NCBI GenBank assembly: GCA_036399155.1
Contig: DASWNR010000065.1
Span: 1 to 61,407 of the forward strand
Direction: 5' to 3'
DNA length: 61,407 nucleotides
Source of the DNA: Pyrinomonadaceae bacterium
GTDB taxonomy: Bacteria > Acidobacteriota > Blastocatellia > Pyrinomonadales > Pyrinomonadaceae
Positions 53,604 through 61,407 of this stretch are shown piece by piece (position 1 is the stretch's first letter; every line of letters starts with the position of its first letter). A program made the translations under genes and the position numbers. The notes beneath the pieces are model-generated. The model was not told the DNA's origin, made no database searches, and saw only the letters and a program-made list of their open reading frames with translations.

Positions 53604-54779
53604 ATGAGTAAAGCAGCAACCGAAAGTTATGGGGTCGGGCCGCTGACCTCCTATTCCGAGGACGAGCAGATGTTCCGCGCCTCCGTGCGCGAGTTCGCCG
53701 AGGGCGAGATACGGCCGCGCGTCGAGGAGATGGACGAGCACGCCAAGATGTCGCCCGAGGTGCTCAAACAGCTCTTCGACCTCGGGCTGATGGGCGTCGA
53801 GACGCCCGAGGAGTACGGCGGCACGGGCGCGTCCTTCTTCATGGCCATCGTCGGCGTCGAGGAATTGTCGCGCGTAGACCCCTCGGTCGGCGTCCTGATG
53901 GACGTGCAGAACACGCTCGTCAACAACGCGCTCATCCGCTGGGGGAGCCCCGAGCAGAAGAAGAAGTACCTGCCGCGCCTCGCCTCCGACACCGTCGGCG
54001 CTTACGCGTTGAGCGAGGCGGGGTCGGGCTCCGACGCCTTCGCCCTGGCGACGCGCGCGGTGGACAAGGGCGACCACTACGAGCTGACGGGGCAGAAGCT
54101 CTGGATTACGAACGGCAACGAGGCGGGCGTCTTCGTCGCCTTCGCCAACGTCAACCCCGAGGCCGGCTACCGCGGCATCACCGCCTTCATCGTCGAGAAG
54201 GGCTTCGAGGGCTTCTCGGTCGGGAAGAAGGAGAACAAGCTCGGCATCCGCGCCTCCTCGACCACCGAGATTATTTTTGACGGCTGCAAGGTGCCGAAGG
54301 AGAACGTGCTCGGCGAGTTGGGGCGTGGGTACAAGATCTCCATCGAGACGCTGAACGAGGGGCGCATCGGCATCGGCGCGCAGATGATCGGGCTGGCGCG
54401 CGGCGCGCTCGAACACGCCCTGCGCTACACGTCCGAGCGGACGCAGTTCAAGCAGCCCATCAACCAGTTCCAGGGCGTCCAGTTCCAGCTGGCCGAGATG
54501 GCGACCGAGTTGGAGGCCGCGCGCCTGTTGGTCTACAACGCCGCGCGGATGAAGGACGCCGGCCTCCCCTTCGTCAAGGAGGCGGCGATGGCCAAGCTCT
54601 ACTCGTCGCGCGTCGCCGAGCGCGTCTCGTCCAAAGCCATCGAGCTTTACGGCGGCTACGGCTTCGTCAAGGACTACCCCGTGGAGAAGCTCTGGCGCGA
54701 CTCCAAGATCGGCGCCATCTACGAGGGCACGTCCAACATGCAGCTCCAGACCATCGCCAAGCTCATCATAGGAAAGTAA
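53604..54779 (+). CDS. acyl-CoA dehydrogenase (short/branched-chain type)
   Basis: EDEQMFRASVREFAEGEIRP..., YALSEAGSGSDAFA, WITNG, and C-terminal IYEGTSNMQLQTIAK are classic ACAD motifs. ATG 53604 was chosen and the 85 upstream codons rejected. Confidence 0.9.
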   Translation: MSKAATESYGVGPLTSYSEDEQMFRASVREFAEGEIRPRVEEMDEHAKMSPEVLKQLFDLGLMGVETPEEYGGTGASFFMAIVGVEELSRVDPSVGVLMDVQNTLVNNALIRWGSPEQKKKYLPRLASDTVGAYALSEAGSGSDAFALATRAVDKGDHYELTGQKLWITNGNEAGVFVAFANVNPEAGYRGITAFIVEKGFEGFSVGKKENKLGIRASSTTEIIFDGCKVPKENVLGELGRGYKISIETLNEGRIGIGAQMIGLARGALEHALRYTSERTQFKQPINQFQGVQFQLAEMATELEAARLLVYNAARMKDAGLPFVKEAAMAKLYSSRVAERVSSKAIELYGGYGFVKDYPVEKLWRDSKIGAIYEGTSNMQLQTIAKLIIGK

Positions 54780-55099
54780 TGGCAGCGTCACGCATAGACA
54801 TCTTCCGCATGATGCTCGAAGGCGACCCCGACAACACGGCGGTCATGTTCGGGCTGGCCAAGGAGTACGAGAAGGCCGGGCGCTTCGACGAAATGATCGG
54901 GGTGCTCACCGACTACGTCCAGCGCGCCGACGACGAGGGCAACGCCTACGGCATGCTGGCCTCGGCCTACCTCAAACTCGGCAACCGCGACGCCGCCCGC
55001 CGCGCCTACGAGCGGGGCGCCGAAGTCGCCCACGCACACGGCCACCCCTCCATGGCGCAGGACTACCGCCTCGCGATTGAGACGGAGTTCGAGGACTAG
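54779..55099 (+). CDS. small TPR-like protein
   Basis: 106 aa with helical repeats (FGLAKEYEKAGRFDEMI, LASAYLKLGNRDAARRAYERG). The start overlaps the ACAD stop (TAATG). Confidence 0.6.
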   Translation: MAASRIDIFRMMLEGDPDNTAVMFGLAKEYEKAGRFDEMIGVLTDYVQRADDEGNAYGMLASAYLKLGNRDAARRAYERGAEVAHAHGHPSMAQDYRLAIETEFED

Positions 55100-55105
55100 G
55101 CGGAG

Positions 55106-55309
55106 ATGGACGAGCTGATCTTTCTCGTGCAGGAAGCGCACGAAGGCGGGTTCACGGCGCGCGCACTCGGCGCGTCCATCTTCACGGAGGCCGACGACCT
55201 CGACGGCCTCCGCGAGATGGTTCGCGACGCGGTGCGCTGCCACTTCGACGAAGACCGCTTCCCCCGGCGAATTTCGATTAATACAGTTTTGTTTGAGCAG
55301 GAGAGTTAG
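55106..55309 (+). CDS. small HicB/UPF0150-like fold protein
   Basis: 67 aa. [40 protein letters not shown] matches the pattern of HicB-like/DUF1902-type small proteins. No HicA-like partner was seen. Confidence 0.5.
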   Translation: MDELIFLVQEAHEGGFTARALGASIFTEADDLDGLREMVRDAVRCHFDEDRFPRRISINTVLFEQES

Positions 55310-55314
55310 CAATC

Positions 55315-57435
55315 ATGGCGACCGAGGTTAAGGCGCGGGAGTATCGTGGGTTGGGCCGCGAGGTGATGGTGGGCATCTACCGGACGATGTACCTGTCGCG
55401 GCGGGTGGACGACAAGGAGATTCAGCTCAAGGGGCAGAACAAAATCTTCTTCCAGATTTCGGGCGCGGGGCACGAGGCCGTGCTCACGGCCGCCGGGCTC
55501 GCCTTCAAGGCCGGCCACGACTGGTTCTACCCCTACTACCGCGACCGCGCGCTCTGCCTGCAACTCGGCGTCACCCCGCTGGAGATGCTGCTCGCGGCGG
55601 TCGGCGCGGAGTCCGATCCCAGCTCGCACGGCCGACAGATGCCCTCGCACTGGGGGCACGCGAAACACAACATCGTCTCGCAGTCTTCTCCCACCGGCAC
55701 GCAGTTCCTACAGGCCGTCGGGTGCGCCGAGGCGAGCTACCGCGCGACTTTAGTCGAAGGCATCAAGGAGAAGGTTACGGGCTTCCGTGGCGACGAGGTC
55801 GTCTACTGCTCGACGGGCGACGGCACGACGAGCCAGGGCGAGTTCTGGGAGGCGCTCAACACCGCGAGCAACCTGAAACTGCCCGTCGTCTTCCTCGTCG
55901 AGGACAACGGCTACGCCATCAGCGTCCCCGTCGAGGTGCAGACCGCGGGCGGCGACGTGTCCCGCCTGGTCGAGGGCTTCCCCGATTTACTCGTCCAGCG
56001 CTGCGACGGCACGGACCCCGTCGAGTCGCTGGAGACTTTGAAGAGGGCGGTCGAGCATTGCCGCCGGAGGAGGGGGCCGGCGCTCGTCCACGCCAAGGTC
56101 ATACGCCCCTACTCGCACTCGCTCTCGGACGACGAGAAGCTCTACCGCCCCGACGAGGAGCGCACCACGGACGCCGAGCGCGACCCCGTCAAGCGCTTCG
56201 GCGCGCTGCTCGTCGAGGAGGGCTTCGTCACGCAGGACGAGTTGCAGCGGCTCAAGGACGAGGTCGACCGCGAGGTGGGCGAGGCGGCCGACGCCGCGCT
56301 CGCCAGCCCGCAGCCCGCGCCCGACACGGCCACGCGGTTCGTCTACTCGCCCGACGTTGACCCGACCTCGAAAGAGTTCGACAACGAGGAGGGCGCGGAG
56401 CTTTCCGGCAACGCCGGCACGATGGTCGACCTCATCAACCGCTGCATGCACGAGGAGATGGCGCGCGACGCCTCTATCGTCGTCTTCGGCGAGGACGTGG
56501 CCGACGTTTCGCGCGAGCAGTACCTCGACAAGGTCAAGGGCAAGGGCGGCGTCTTCAAGGTCACGGCCAACCTCCAGCGCAAGTTCGGCGCGGCGCGCGT
56601 CTTCAACTCGCCGCTCGCCGAGGCCAACATCGTCGGCCGCGCGATAGGCATGGCGACGCGCGGCATCAAGCCCGTCGTCGAGATACAGTTCTTCGACTAC
56701 ATCTGGCCGGCCTACCACCAGATTCGGAACGAGCTGGCGCTGATGCGCTGGCGCTCGGGCAACGAGTGGAAGTGCCCCGTCGTCATCCGCTGCCCCGTCG
56801 GCGGCTACCTCAAGGGCGGCGCCGTCTACCACTCGCAGTCGGGCGACACGCTCTTCACGCACATCCCGGGGCTGCGCGTCGTCTACCCGTCGAACGCGCT
56901 CGACGCCAACGGCCTCCTGCGCACGGCCATACGCTCGGACGACCCCGTGCTCTTCCTCGAACACAAGCACCTCTACCGGCAGGCTTACAACAAGTCGCAG
57001 TACCCGCCCGACGGATTTTTGATCCCGTTCGGCAAGGCCAGGACGGTGCGCGAGGGCACGGACATGACCGTCGTCACCTACGGCGCGCTCGTCAACCGCA
57101 CGCTCGTCGCCGCCAAGCAGGCCGAGCAGCAGCACGGCGTCAGCGTCGAGGTCATCGACCTGCGCACGCTCGCGCCTTACGACTGGGAGGCCGTCGCCGC
57201 CAGCGTCCGCAAGACCAACCGGCTCGTCGTCGCGCACGAGGACACGCGCACGCACGGCTTCGGCGCCGAGGTGGCGGCGCGCGTCTCCGAGGAGCTGTTC
57301 GAGTACCTCGACGCGCCCGTCCGGCGCGTCGCCGCGCTCGACACCTTCGTCGCCTACGCCCCGCGGCTCGAAGACGCCATACTCCCGCAGGTCGACGACG
57401 TATACCGCGCCATCACCGAGTTGCACGCGTACTGA
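55315..57435 (+). CDS. 2-oxoisovalerate (branched-chain 2-oxoacid) dehydrogenase E1 component, fused alpha/beta subunits
   Basis: N-terminal half has E1-alpha motifs ([32 protein letters not shown]-binding). C-terminal half is E1-beta-like (FGEDVA..., [23 protein letters not shown]). 706 aa is consistent with a fusion. Confidence 0.85.
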   Translation: MATEVKAREYRGLGREVMVGIYRTMYLSRRVDDKEIQLKGQNKIFFQISGAGHEAVLTAAGLAFKAGHDWFYPYYRDRALCLQLGVTPLEMLLAAVGAESDPSSHGRQMPSHWGHAKHNIVSQSSPTGTQFLQAVGCAEASYRATLVEGIKEKVTGFRGDEVVYCSTGDGTTSQGEFWEALNTASNLKLPVVFLVEDNGYAISVPVEVQTAGGDVSRLVEGFPDLLVQRCDGTDPVESLETLKRAVEHCRRRRGPALVHAKVIRPYSHSLSDDEKLYRPDEERTTDAERDPVKRFGALLVEEGFVTQDELQRLKDEVDREVGEAADAALASPQPAPDTATRFVYSPDVDPTSKEFDNEEGAELSGNAGTMVDLINRCMHEEMARDASIVVFGEDVADVSREQYLDKVKGKGGVFKVTANLQRKFGAARVFNSPLAEANIVGRAIGMATRGIKPVVEIQFFDYIWPAYHQIRNELALMRWRSGNEWKCPVVIRCPVGGYLKGGAVYHSQSGDTLFTHIPGLRVVYPSNALDANGLLRTAIRSDDPVLFLEHKHLYRQAYNKSQYPPDGFLIPFGKARTVREGTDMTVVTYGALVNRTLVAAKQAEQQHGVSVEVIDLRTLAPYDWEAVAASVRKTNRLVVAHEDTRTHGFGAEVAARVSEELFEYLDAPVRRVAALDTFVAYAPRLEDAILPQVDDVYRAITELHAY

Positions 57436-57476
57436 GCGGCGTACTGCCGTACACAATTTTGTATCGAATCGTTCCG

Positions 57477-57510
57477 GCGGGACGGGCACCCATTTGAGTG
57501 CCCGTCCCGC
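57477..57510 (+). terminator. intrinsic terminator after the E1 gene
   Basis: GCGGGACGGGCAC-ccatttga-GTGCCCGTCCCGC followed by TAAGTCTTTG. Confidence 0.65.
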
Positions 57511-57641
57511 TAAGTCTTTGTCACGCCTCGACTTCCCTCCGGCGGCACGGTCATTGCCACCTTCCACAGGTTCCGCCCACGCGGCGGACGTTAATCAACC
57601 GACAAAATGGCTAACTTTCTAATCATAGGGGGACAATCTTG

Positions 57642-58607
57642 ATGAGTAGACGTTTGTTTAACTTCGCGGCCGCCGGTGCGCTCGCGCTCTCGCTCGCGCC
57701 CGCGGCCCTGTCGCAGGAGACGCCGCGACCCAATCAGCCCGCACAGCCGACGCAGACGCAGACGACCGTGACGACGCAGACGACGCAGACCGTCCAGAAC
57801 GCAGACGGCTCGTGGTCGGTCATCCACTACCCGGCCAACAAGGAGGTCGTCGTTGACTTCACGCCCGCGCCCACCTTCTCGACCGCGAGGGGGCGTGCGA
57901 AGGTCATGCGCATGAGCGACCACACGATGGTCACGCTCGACCTGTCGGGGCTCCCGGCCGACGCCGCCGGGATGAACCTCTACGCGGTCGACCCGTCCGG
58001 CAAGGTCACGCTGCTCGGCCCCGTCGCGTTCAACAACGGCGCGTCCACGCAGAGCTTCCAGACGCCGCTCGACCGCTTCATGCTCGTGATGTCGCCCGAG
58101 GCCAATCTGACGACCTACGCGCCGGCGACCGCCTACGCCTTCCGCAGCGCGGTGCCGCAGGGCTTCGCCGTCTTGCCGATGTCTTCGGCCTCCGGCGAGC
58201 GGGTCGCCGCGACTTCGACGGCGGGCACGACGACCGCCTTCACCGCGCCGATGCTCGGCATCCCGACCTTCGACCGCGGCGACACGACCGAGGTCAAGGT
58301 CAAGCTCGGCGGCGCGCTGACGGGCTCGCGCGTCAACTTCAACATCACGCCGCGCCGCGACGGCCCGACCGAGGTCGTCGCGCGCTTCCACGAGATGAAG
58401 GAGGCTCCGGCCGGCCAGGTCTACGTGCTCTGGGCGGTCTCGCCCGAGGGCAAGCACGTCAAGCTCGGCCAGGTGGTGAACACGGGCCGGCGCAACGAGG
58501 CCGAGATTAAGAGTGAGACGACGCTCACGGATTTCGGCCTGCTCATCACGCTCCAGCCCGAGGGCGAGGCGCCGTCCGGCGACGTGGTCGGCACCACCTT
58601 ACGGTAA
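57642..58607 (+). CDS. hypothetical exported protein with two related beta-domains (RskA-C-terminal-like by eye)
   Basis: Signal peptide MSRRLFNFAAAGALALSLAPAALS, a QPTQTQTTVTTQTTQT linker, and two segments ending ..LYAVDPSGKVTLLGPV.. and ..VLWAVSPEGKHVKLGQV... ATG 57642 lies 9 nt after AGGGGGA. Confidence 0.65.
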   Translation: MSRRLFNFAAAGALALSLAPAALSQETPRPNQPAQPTQTQTTVTTQTTQTVQNADGSWSVIHYPANKEVVVDFTPAPTFSTARGRAKVMRMSDHTMVTLDLSGLPADAAGMNLYAVDPSGKVTLLGPVAFNNGASTQSFQTPLDRFMLVMSPEANLTTYAPATAYAFRSAVPQGFAVLPMSSASGERVAATSTAGTTTAFTAPMLGIPTFDRGDTTEVKVKLGGALTGSRVNFNITPRRDGPTEVVARFHEMKEAPAGQVYVLWAVSPEGKHVKLGQVVNTGRRNEAEIKSETTLTDFGLLITLQPEGEAPSGDVVGTTLR

Positions 58608-58637
58608 GCCCCCGCGGGTCTTACGCGTCAAACAAAC

Positions 58638-58680
58638 GAGAGGGCCGCTCCCGACGTGGGGCGGCCCTCTCGCTTTTAAA
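58638..58680 (+). terminator. intrinsic terminator
   Basis: GAGAGGGCCGC-tcccgacgtgg-GCGGCCCTCTC followed by GCTTTTAAAAA. Confidence 0.75.
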
Positions 58681-58748
58681 AATCCCCTCGGGAGACTTTT
58701 GAAAATCCTGACGAAAGCCGCGCCTGACACAGTTCCGACACATACTTG

Positions 58749-58776
58749 TTGACATCCGCCAGAATCACGGCATAAT
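58749..58776 (+). promoter_or_regulatory. strong sigma70-type promoter upstream of the S1C protease gene
   Basis: TTGACA-N16-CATAAT. This would give a leader of about 120 nt before ATG 58902. Confidence 0.6.
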
Positions 58777-58847
58777 GGCTGGACGCCGCGCGAGCCCCAA
58801 GGCGCGGCCGGTGAGTTCGGGTATTCGCCCGCCGAACCCTCCCCGAA

Positions 58848-58883
58848 AGAGCCGTTAACCCCGAGGCTCTAAACTCTTTTTTT
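58848..58883 (+). terminator. terminator-like hairpin plus T7 tract inside the 5' leader (possible attenuator)
   Basis: AGAGCC-gttaaccccga-GGCTCT then aaacTCTTTTTTT, 18 nt before the start codon. Two further hairpins lie upstream in the leader (GCCGCGC..GCGCGGC and GTTCGG..CCGAAC). Confidence 0.4.
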
Positions 58884-58901
58884 GAGAAGAAAGCCCCCGA
58901 G

Positions 58902-60062
58902 ATGTTTAAACGCAAGCTTCCCCCGTGGCTGGCGCTCCTGGCCCTTTTCTTCCTTCTGGCCGCGCCCGGAGCGGCGCGCGCGCAGGGCGAGTCGCTCCCC
59001 GAACTCATCCGCCGCGTCAAGCCCTCGGTCGTCTCCGTCATCACCTACAACGCGAAGGGCGAGGTCGCGCTCACGGGCAGCGGCTTCTTCGTCCGCCCCG
59101 GCGAGGTTCTGACGAACCTGCACGTCGTCGAGGGCGCGCACCGCGCCGAGGTGCGCACGTTCGAGGGCAAGGGCAAGACCTACCGCGTGGCGGGGCTCAC
59201 GTCGCTCGACGAGGACGGCGACCTCGCGGTCTTGAGCGTCGAGATGCCCGCGGAGCGCGCCCGCGTGGTCGAGACGGCGGAGGCCGCGCCCGAGGAGGGC
59301 GAGCGCATCTTCGTCATCGGCAACCCCCTGCGGCTCGAAGGCTCGGTGGCCGACGGCATCGTCTCGGCGGTGCGCGAGGTGCCGTCCTTGGGGCGCATCG
59401 TGCAGATCACGGCGCCCATCTCGCACGGCAACTCGGGCAGCCCCGTCTTCAACATGAAGGGTCAGGTGTTGGGCGTCGTCACCATCCGCGTGATGAACGG
59501 GCAGAACATCAACCTCGCGCTCGGCTCGCCGCGCTTCTCGGCGCTGCGGCCGGCCGGACGGCTCGTCGGCTTCGACGAGCTTTCGGCGAAGTCGAAGGAC
59601 GAGCAGAGGCCCGACTCCATCTCCGACTGGTGGTACCGCAACGGGCTCAACTCGCTCTGGCTCGGCAACTACGACAGCGCGCTCGGCTACTTCGAGACGG
59701 CGGTGAACAAGAACCCGCGGCGCGCCGACGCGTGGATTCAGGTCGGCTTCTGCAAGGTCAAGCAGGGCAAGAACCAGGACGCCATCCGCGCCTTCGAGCA
59801 GGCGCTTCGGCTTAAGCCCAGCTCCTACGAGGCGCTCAACAAGCTCGGCGACGCCTACTACTACGCCGGCAACTACTACAAGGCGCTCGACGCCTACAAC
59901 CGCGCCGTCTCGTCGCGCCCGGACCTCGCCGAAGGTCACTACAACCTCGGCGCCGTCCACCTCGAACTCGGCGACCGCGCCGCCGCCCTCGCACAGGCCC
60001 ACGCCCTCAAGCCGCTCGACCCCGCCCTCCACCAGAAGCTACTGCGCGAGATAGGGCGGTGA
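58902..60062 (+). CDS. trypsin-like serine protease (S1C/DegP-type catalytic domain) fused to TPR repeats
   Basis: Signal peptide, TNLHVV (His), DGDLAVL (Asp), GNSGSPVFN (Ser) catalytic triad contexts, and C-terminal TPR motifs (WIQVGFCKVKQGKNQDAIRAFEQALRLKP, GDAYYYAGNYYKALDAYNRAV). Confidence 0.85.
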   Translation: MFKRKLPPWLALLALFFLLAAPGAARAQGESLPELIRRVKPSVVSVITYNAKGEVALTGSGFFVRPGEVLTNLHVVEGAHRAEVRTFEGKGKTYRVAGLTSLDEDGDLAVLSVEMPAERARVVETAEAAPEEGERIFVIGNPLRLEGSVADGIVSAVREVPSLGRIVQITAPISHGNSGSPVFNMKGQVLGVVTIRVMNGQNINLALGSPRFSALRPAGRLVGFDELSAKSKDEQRPDSISDWWYRNGLNSLWLGNYDSALGYFETAVNKNPRRADAWIQVGFCKVKQGKNQDAIRAFEQALRLKPSSYEALNKLGDAYYYAGNYYKALDAYNRAVSSRPDLAEGHYNLGAVHLELGDRAAALAQAHALKPLDPALHQKLLREIGR

Positions 60063-60066
60063 GTAA

Positions 60067-60163
60067 GTAGACAGTAGTCGGTAGTCAGTAGAACAAAACA
60101 GAGGCGGCGCGCTCGGCTTATAACCCGAACGCGCCGCCTGTCTTTCTACTGACTACTGTCTAC
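60067..60163. repeat. nested palindromic intergenic element, GTAGWCR-heptamer arms (copy F)
   Basis: GTAGACAGTAGTCGGTAGTCAGTAG ... CTACTGACTACTGTCTAC. The core AGGCGGCGCG...CGCGCCGCCTGTCTTT is shared with copy E. It lies between convergent stops at 60062 (+) and 60168 (-). Confidence 0.9.
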
Positions 60164-60167
60164 TTCC

Positions 60168-61407
60168 CTACTCCCCCGCGGGCGGGGCGAAGATGTCCCT
60201 GTTGATCTGGCGCGGGTCGCCGAGGACGACGAACTGTAGGTTGCGCATGTATGTGTTGGCGGCGCGCTTCACGTCGGCCGGGGTGACTGCGCGCAGGCGG
60301 TCGATGAAGACCGCCGAGTTGCGCCAGCCGCCGCCGATCAGCTCGTACTGCGCCAGCTCGCCGGCCTGCGCCGCGTTCGTCTCCTGCCCCATGTAGTAGC
60401 GCGTCAGGAAGTGCTGCGCCGTGCCGCGAATCTCATCGGGGCTGATCTCCTCGGCCTGGAGCCGCGCGATCTCGCGCAGCATCAGTTGCACCGACTGGTT
60501 GGCGTCCACCGACGTGACCGAGATGCCGCCGAGGTTCGCGCCCTGGCTGTAGAGGAACGCGTCGGGCGCGTAGGAGAGGTTGTGGCGCACGCGCACGACC
60601 GAGAAGACGCGCCCCTGGAGGACGGTCGAGGCGACCCGCATCGCGTAGTAGTCGGGCGAGTCGGGCGGCGGCGCGGCGAAGACGCCCTGGACGTAGTTGG
60701 TCGGGAGCTGCCGCTCGGTCACCGCCACGGTCGGCGTGCGGAAGGTGAGCTGCGGCAGCGGCTCGGTCTTGTAGTCGCCGCGCGGGAGCTTGCCGAAGCC
60801 GGCCTCGACCTTCTGGCGAATCTGCGCCGGGTCGACGTCGCCGACGACGACGAGGAGCAGGCGCGAGGTCTGCATCATCCGCGCGTGGTAGCGCTTCACG
60901 TCGTCGAGCGTGAGCGAGCGCACCGAGGCGGCCGTCCCCGTAGGGTTGTTCAGGTAGGGGTGGCCGGCGTAGGCGATCTTCGACTGGAGCACCTGTAGGA
61001 ACGAGTCGGGCGTGTCCTCGTCGTCGCTGCGCGCGACGACCATGCGGCTCTTGACGCGCTCGAAGTCTTCGGGCGTGAAGCTGGGGCGCAGCGCCGCGTC
61101 GGTGAAAATCTCCCACGAGCGGTCGAAGTGGCGGCGCGTGCTCCCGAGCGAGAGCACCGAGTAGTCGTAGTTGATGCCGTAGGTGAGCCCCGTCCCCGTG
61201 CGCGACAGCTCGCGGCGCATCTGCTCGCGCGGGAACTTCTGGCTGGCCTCGGTCGCAACGTCGAGCATCAGCGACTCGATGCCGGCGTTCTCCGGCGTCA
61301 CGTTGCGCGCGCCGCCGCGCAGGAAGAGCCCGGCGACGACCGACTGGCTGCCCTCGCGACGCTTGACGAGCACCCTCAGGCCGTTCACGTCGAACTCCGT
61401 GACGCGG
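60168..61407 (-). CDS. M16 (pitrilysin/insulinase) family peptidase, 5'-truncated by the window edge
   Basis: NGLRVLVKRREGSQSVV..., with Peptidase_M16 and M16_C-like organisation. The reading frame stays open to the right window edge, so the N-terminus (and any HxxEH motif) is outside the window. Confidence 0.75.
   Translation of the reverse strand, partial: RVTEFDVNGLRVLVKRREGSQSVVAGLFLRGGARNVTPENAGIESLMLDVATEASQKFPREQMRRELSRTGTGLTYGINYDYSVLSLGSTRRHFDRSWEIFTDAALRPSFTPEDFERVKSRMVVARSDDEDTPDSFLQVLQSKIAYAGHPYLNNPTGTAASVRSLTLDDVKRYHARMMQTSRLLLVVVGDVDPAQIRQKVEAGFGKLPRGDYKTEPLPQLTFRTPTVAVTERQLPTNYVQGVFAAPPPDSPDYYAMRVASTVLQGRVFSVVRVRHNLSYAPDAFLYSQGANLGGISVTSVDANQSVQLMLREIARLQAEEISPDEIRGTAQHFLTRYYMGQETNAAQAGELAQYELIGGGWRNSAVFIDRLRAVTPADVKRAANTYMRNLQFVVLGDPRQINRDIFAPPAGE

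Noticed and set aside
55106-55309. HicB-like small ORF as half of a toxin-antitoxin pair.
   Set aside because: No HicA-like or other toxin ORF is adjacent. It sits inside a catabolic acd / E1 dehydrogenase gene string, and similar small ORFs commonly accompany E1 genes.

Overview
This is a 61.4-kb, very GC-rich (by eye about 68-70 % G+C) bacterial chromosomal segment. Gene content (tricorn-like, M61, M16 and M19 peptidases, exported TPR and PD40 proteins, several DinB-family genes) loosely suggests an Acidobacteriota-like organism; that is a low-confidence inference. I support about 45 protein-coding genes, mostly housekeeping or metabolic: korA, ttcA, nadE, hyuAB, rsmI, an acyl-CoA dehydrogenase, a fused branched-chain 2-oxoacid dehydrogenase E1, peptidases and transporters. 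Most of the long overlapping ORFs in the six-frame track are GC-driven antisense artefacts or N-terminal over-extensions. Six things stand out. (1) A tRNA(CAU) gene on the minus strand is split by a 640-nt group I (IC3, Azoarcus-like) intron, and the intron carries an HNH endonuclease ORF on the opposite strand. (2) Just downstream of a tRNA-Glu gene lies a translationally coupled trio: a DUF4062/TIR-like protein with a degenerate STAND-like region, a MoxR-type AAA+ ATPase, and a 1154-aa three-pass membrane protein with a CoxE-like vWA region and an extracytoplasmic Ig-like C-terminus. A TerB-like/CbbX-type AAA+ gene precedes the trio. I read this as a candidate NTPase conflict or signalling system. 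(3) Ten intergenic elements are built from tandem heptamers (GTAGWCR, GTGATGR or GCTGTYR), nine of them as long nested palindromes. They sit at gene 3' ends and place stop codons in all three frames. (4) Two adjacent ORFs in a lower-GC patch are separated by a single in-frame TAG. (5) One gene is broken by an 11-nt tandem near-duplication. (6) There are smaller regulatory-looking signals. All functional calls rest on motif recognition by eye; no database search or folding program was run.
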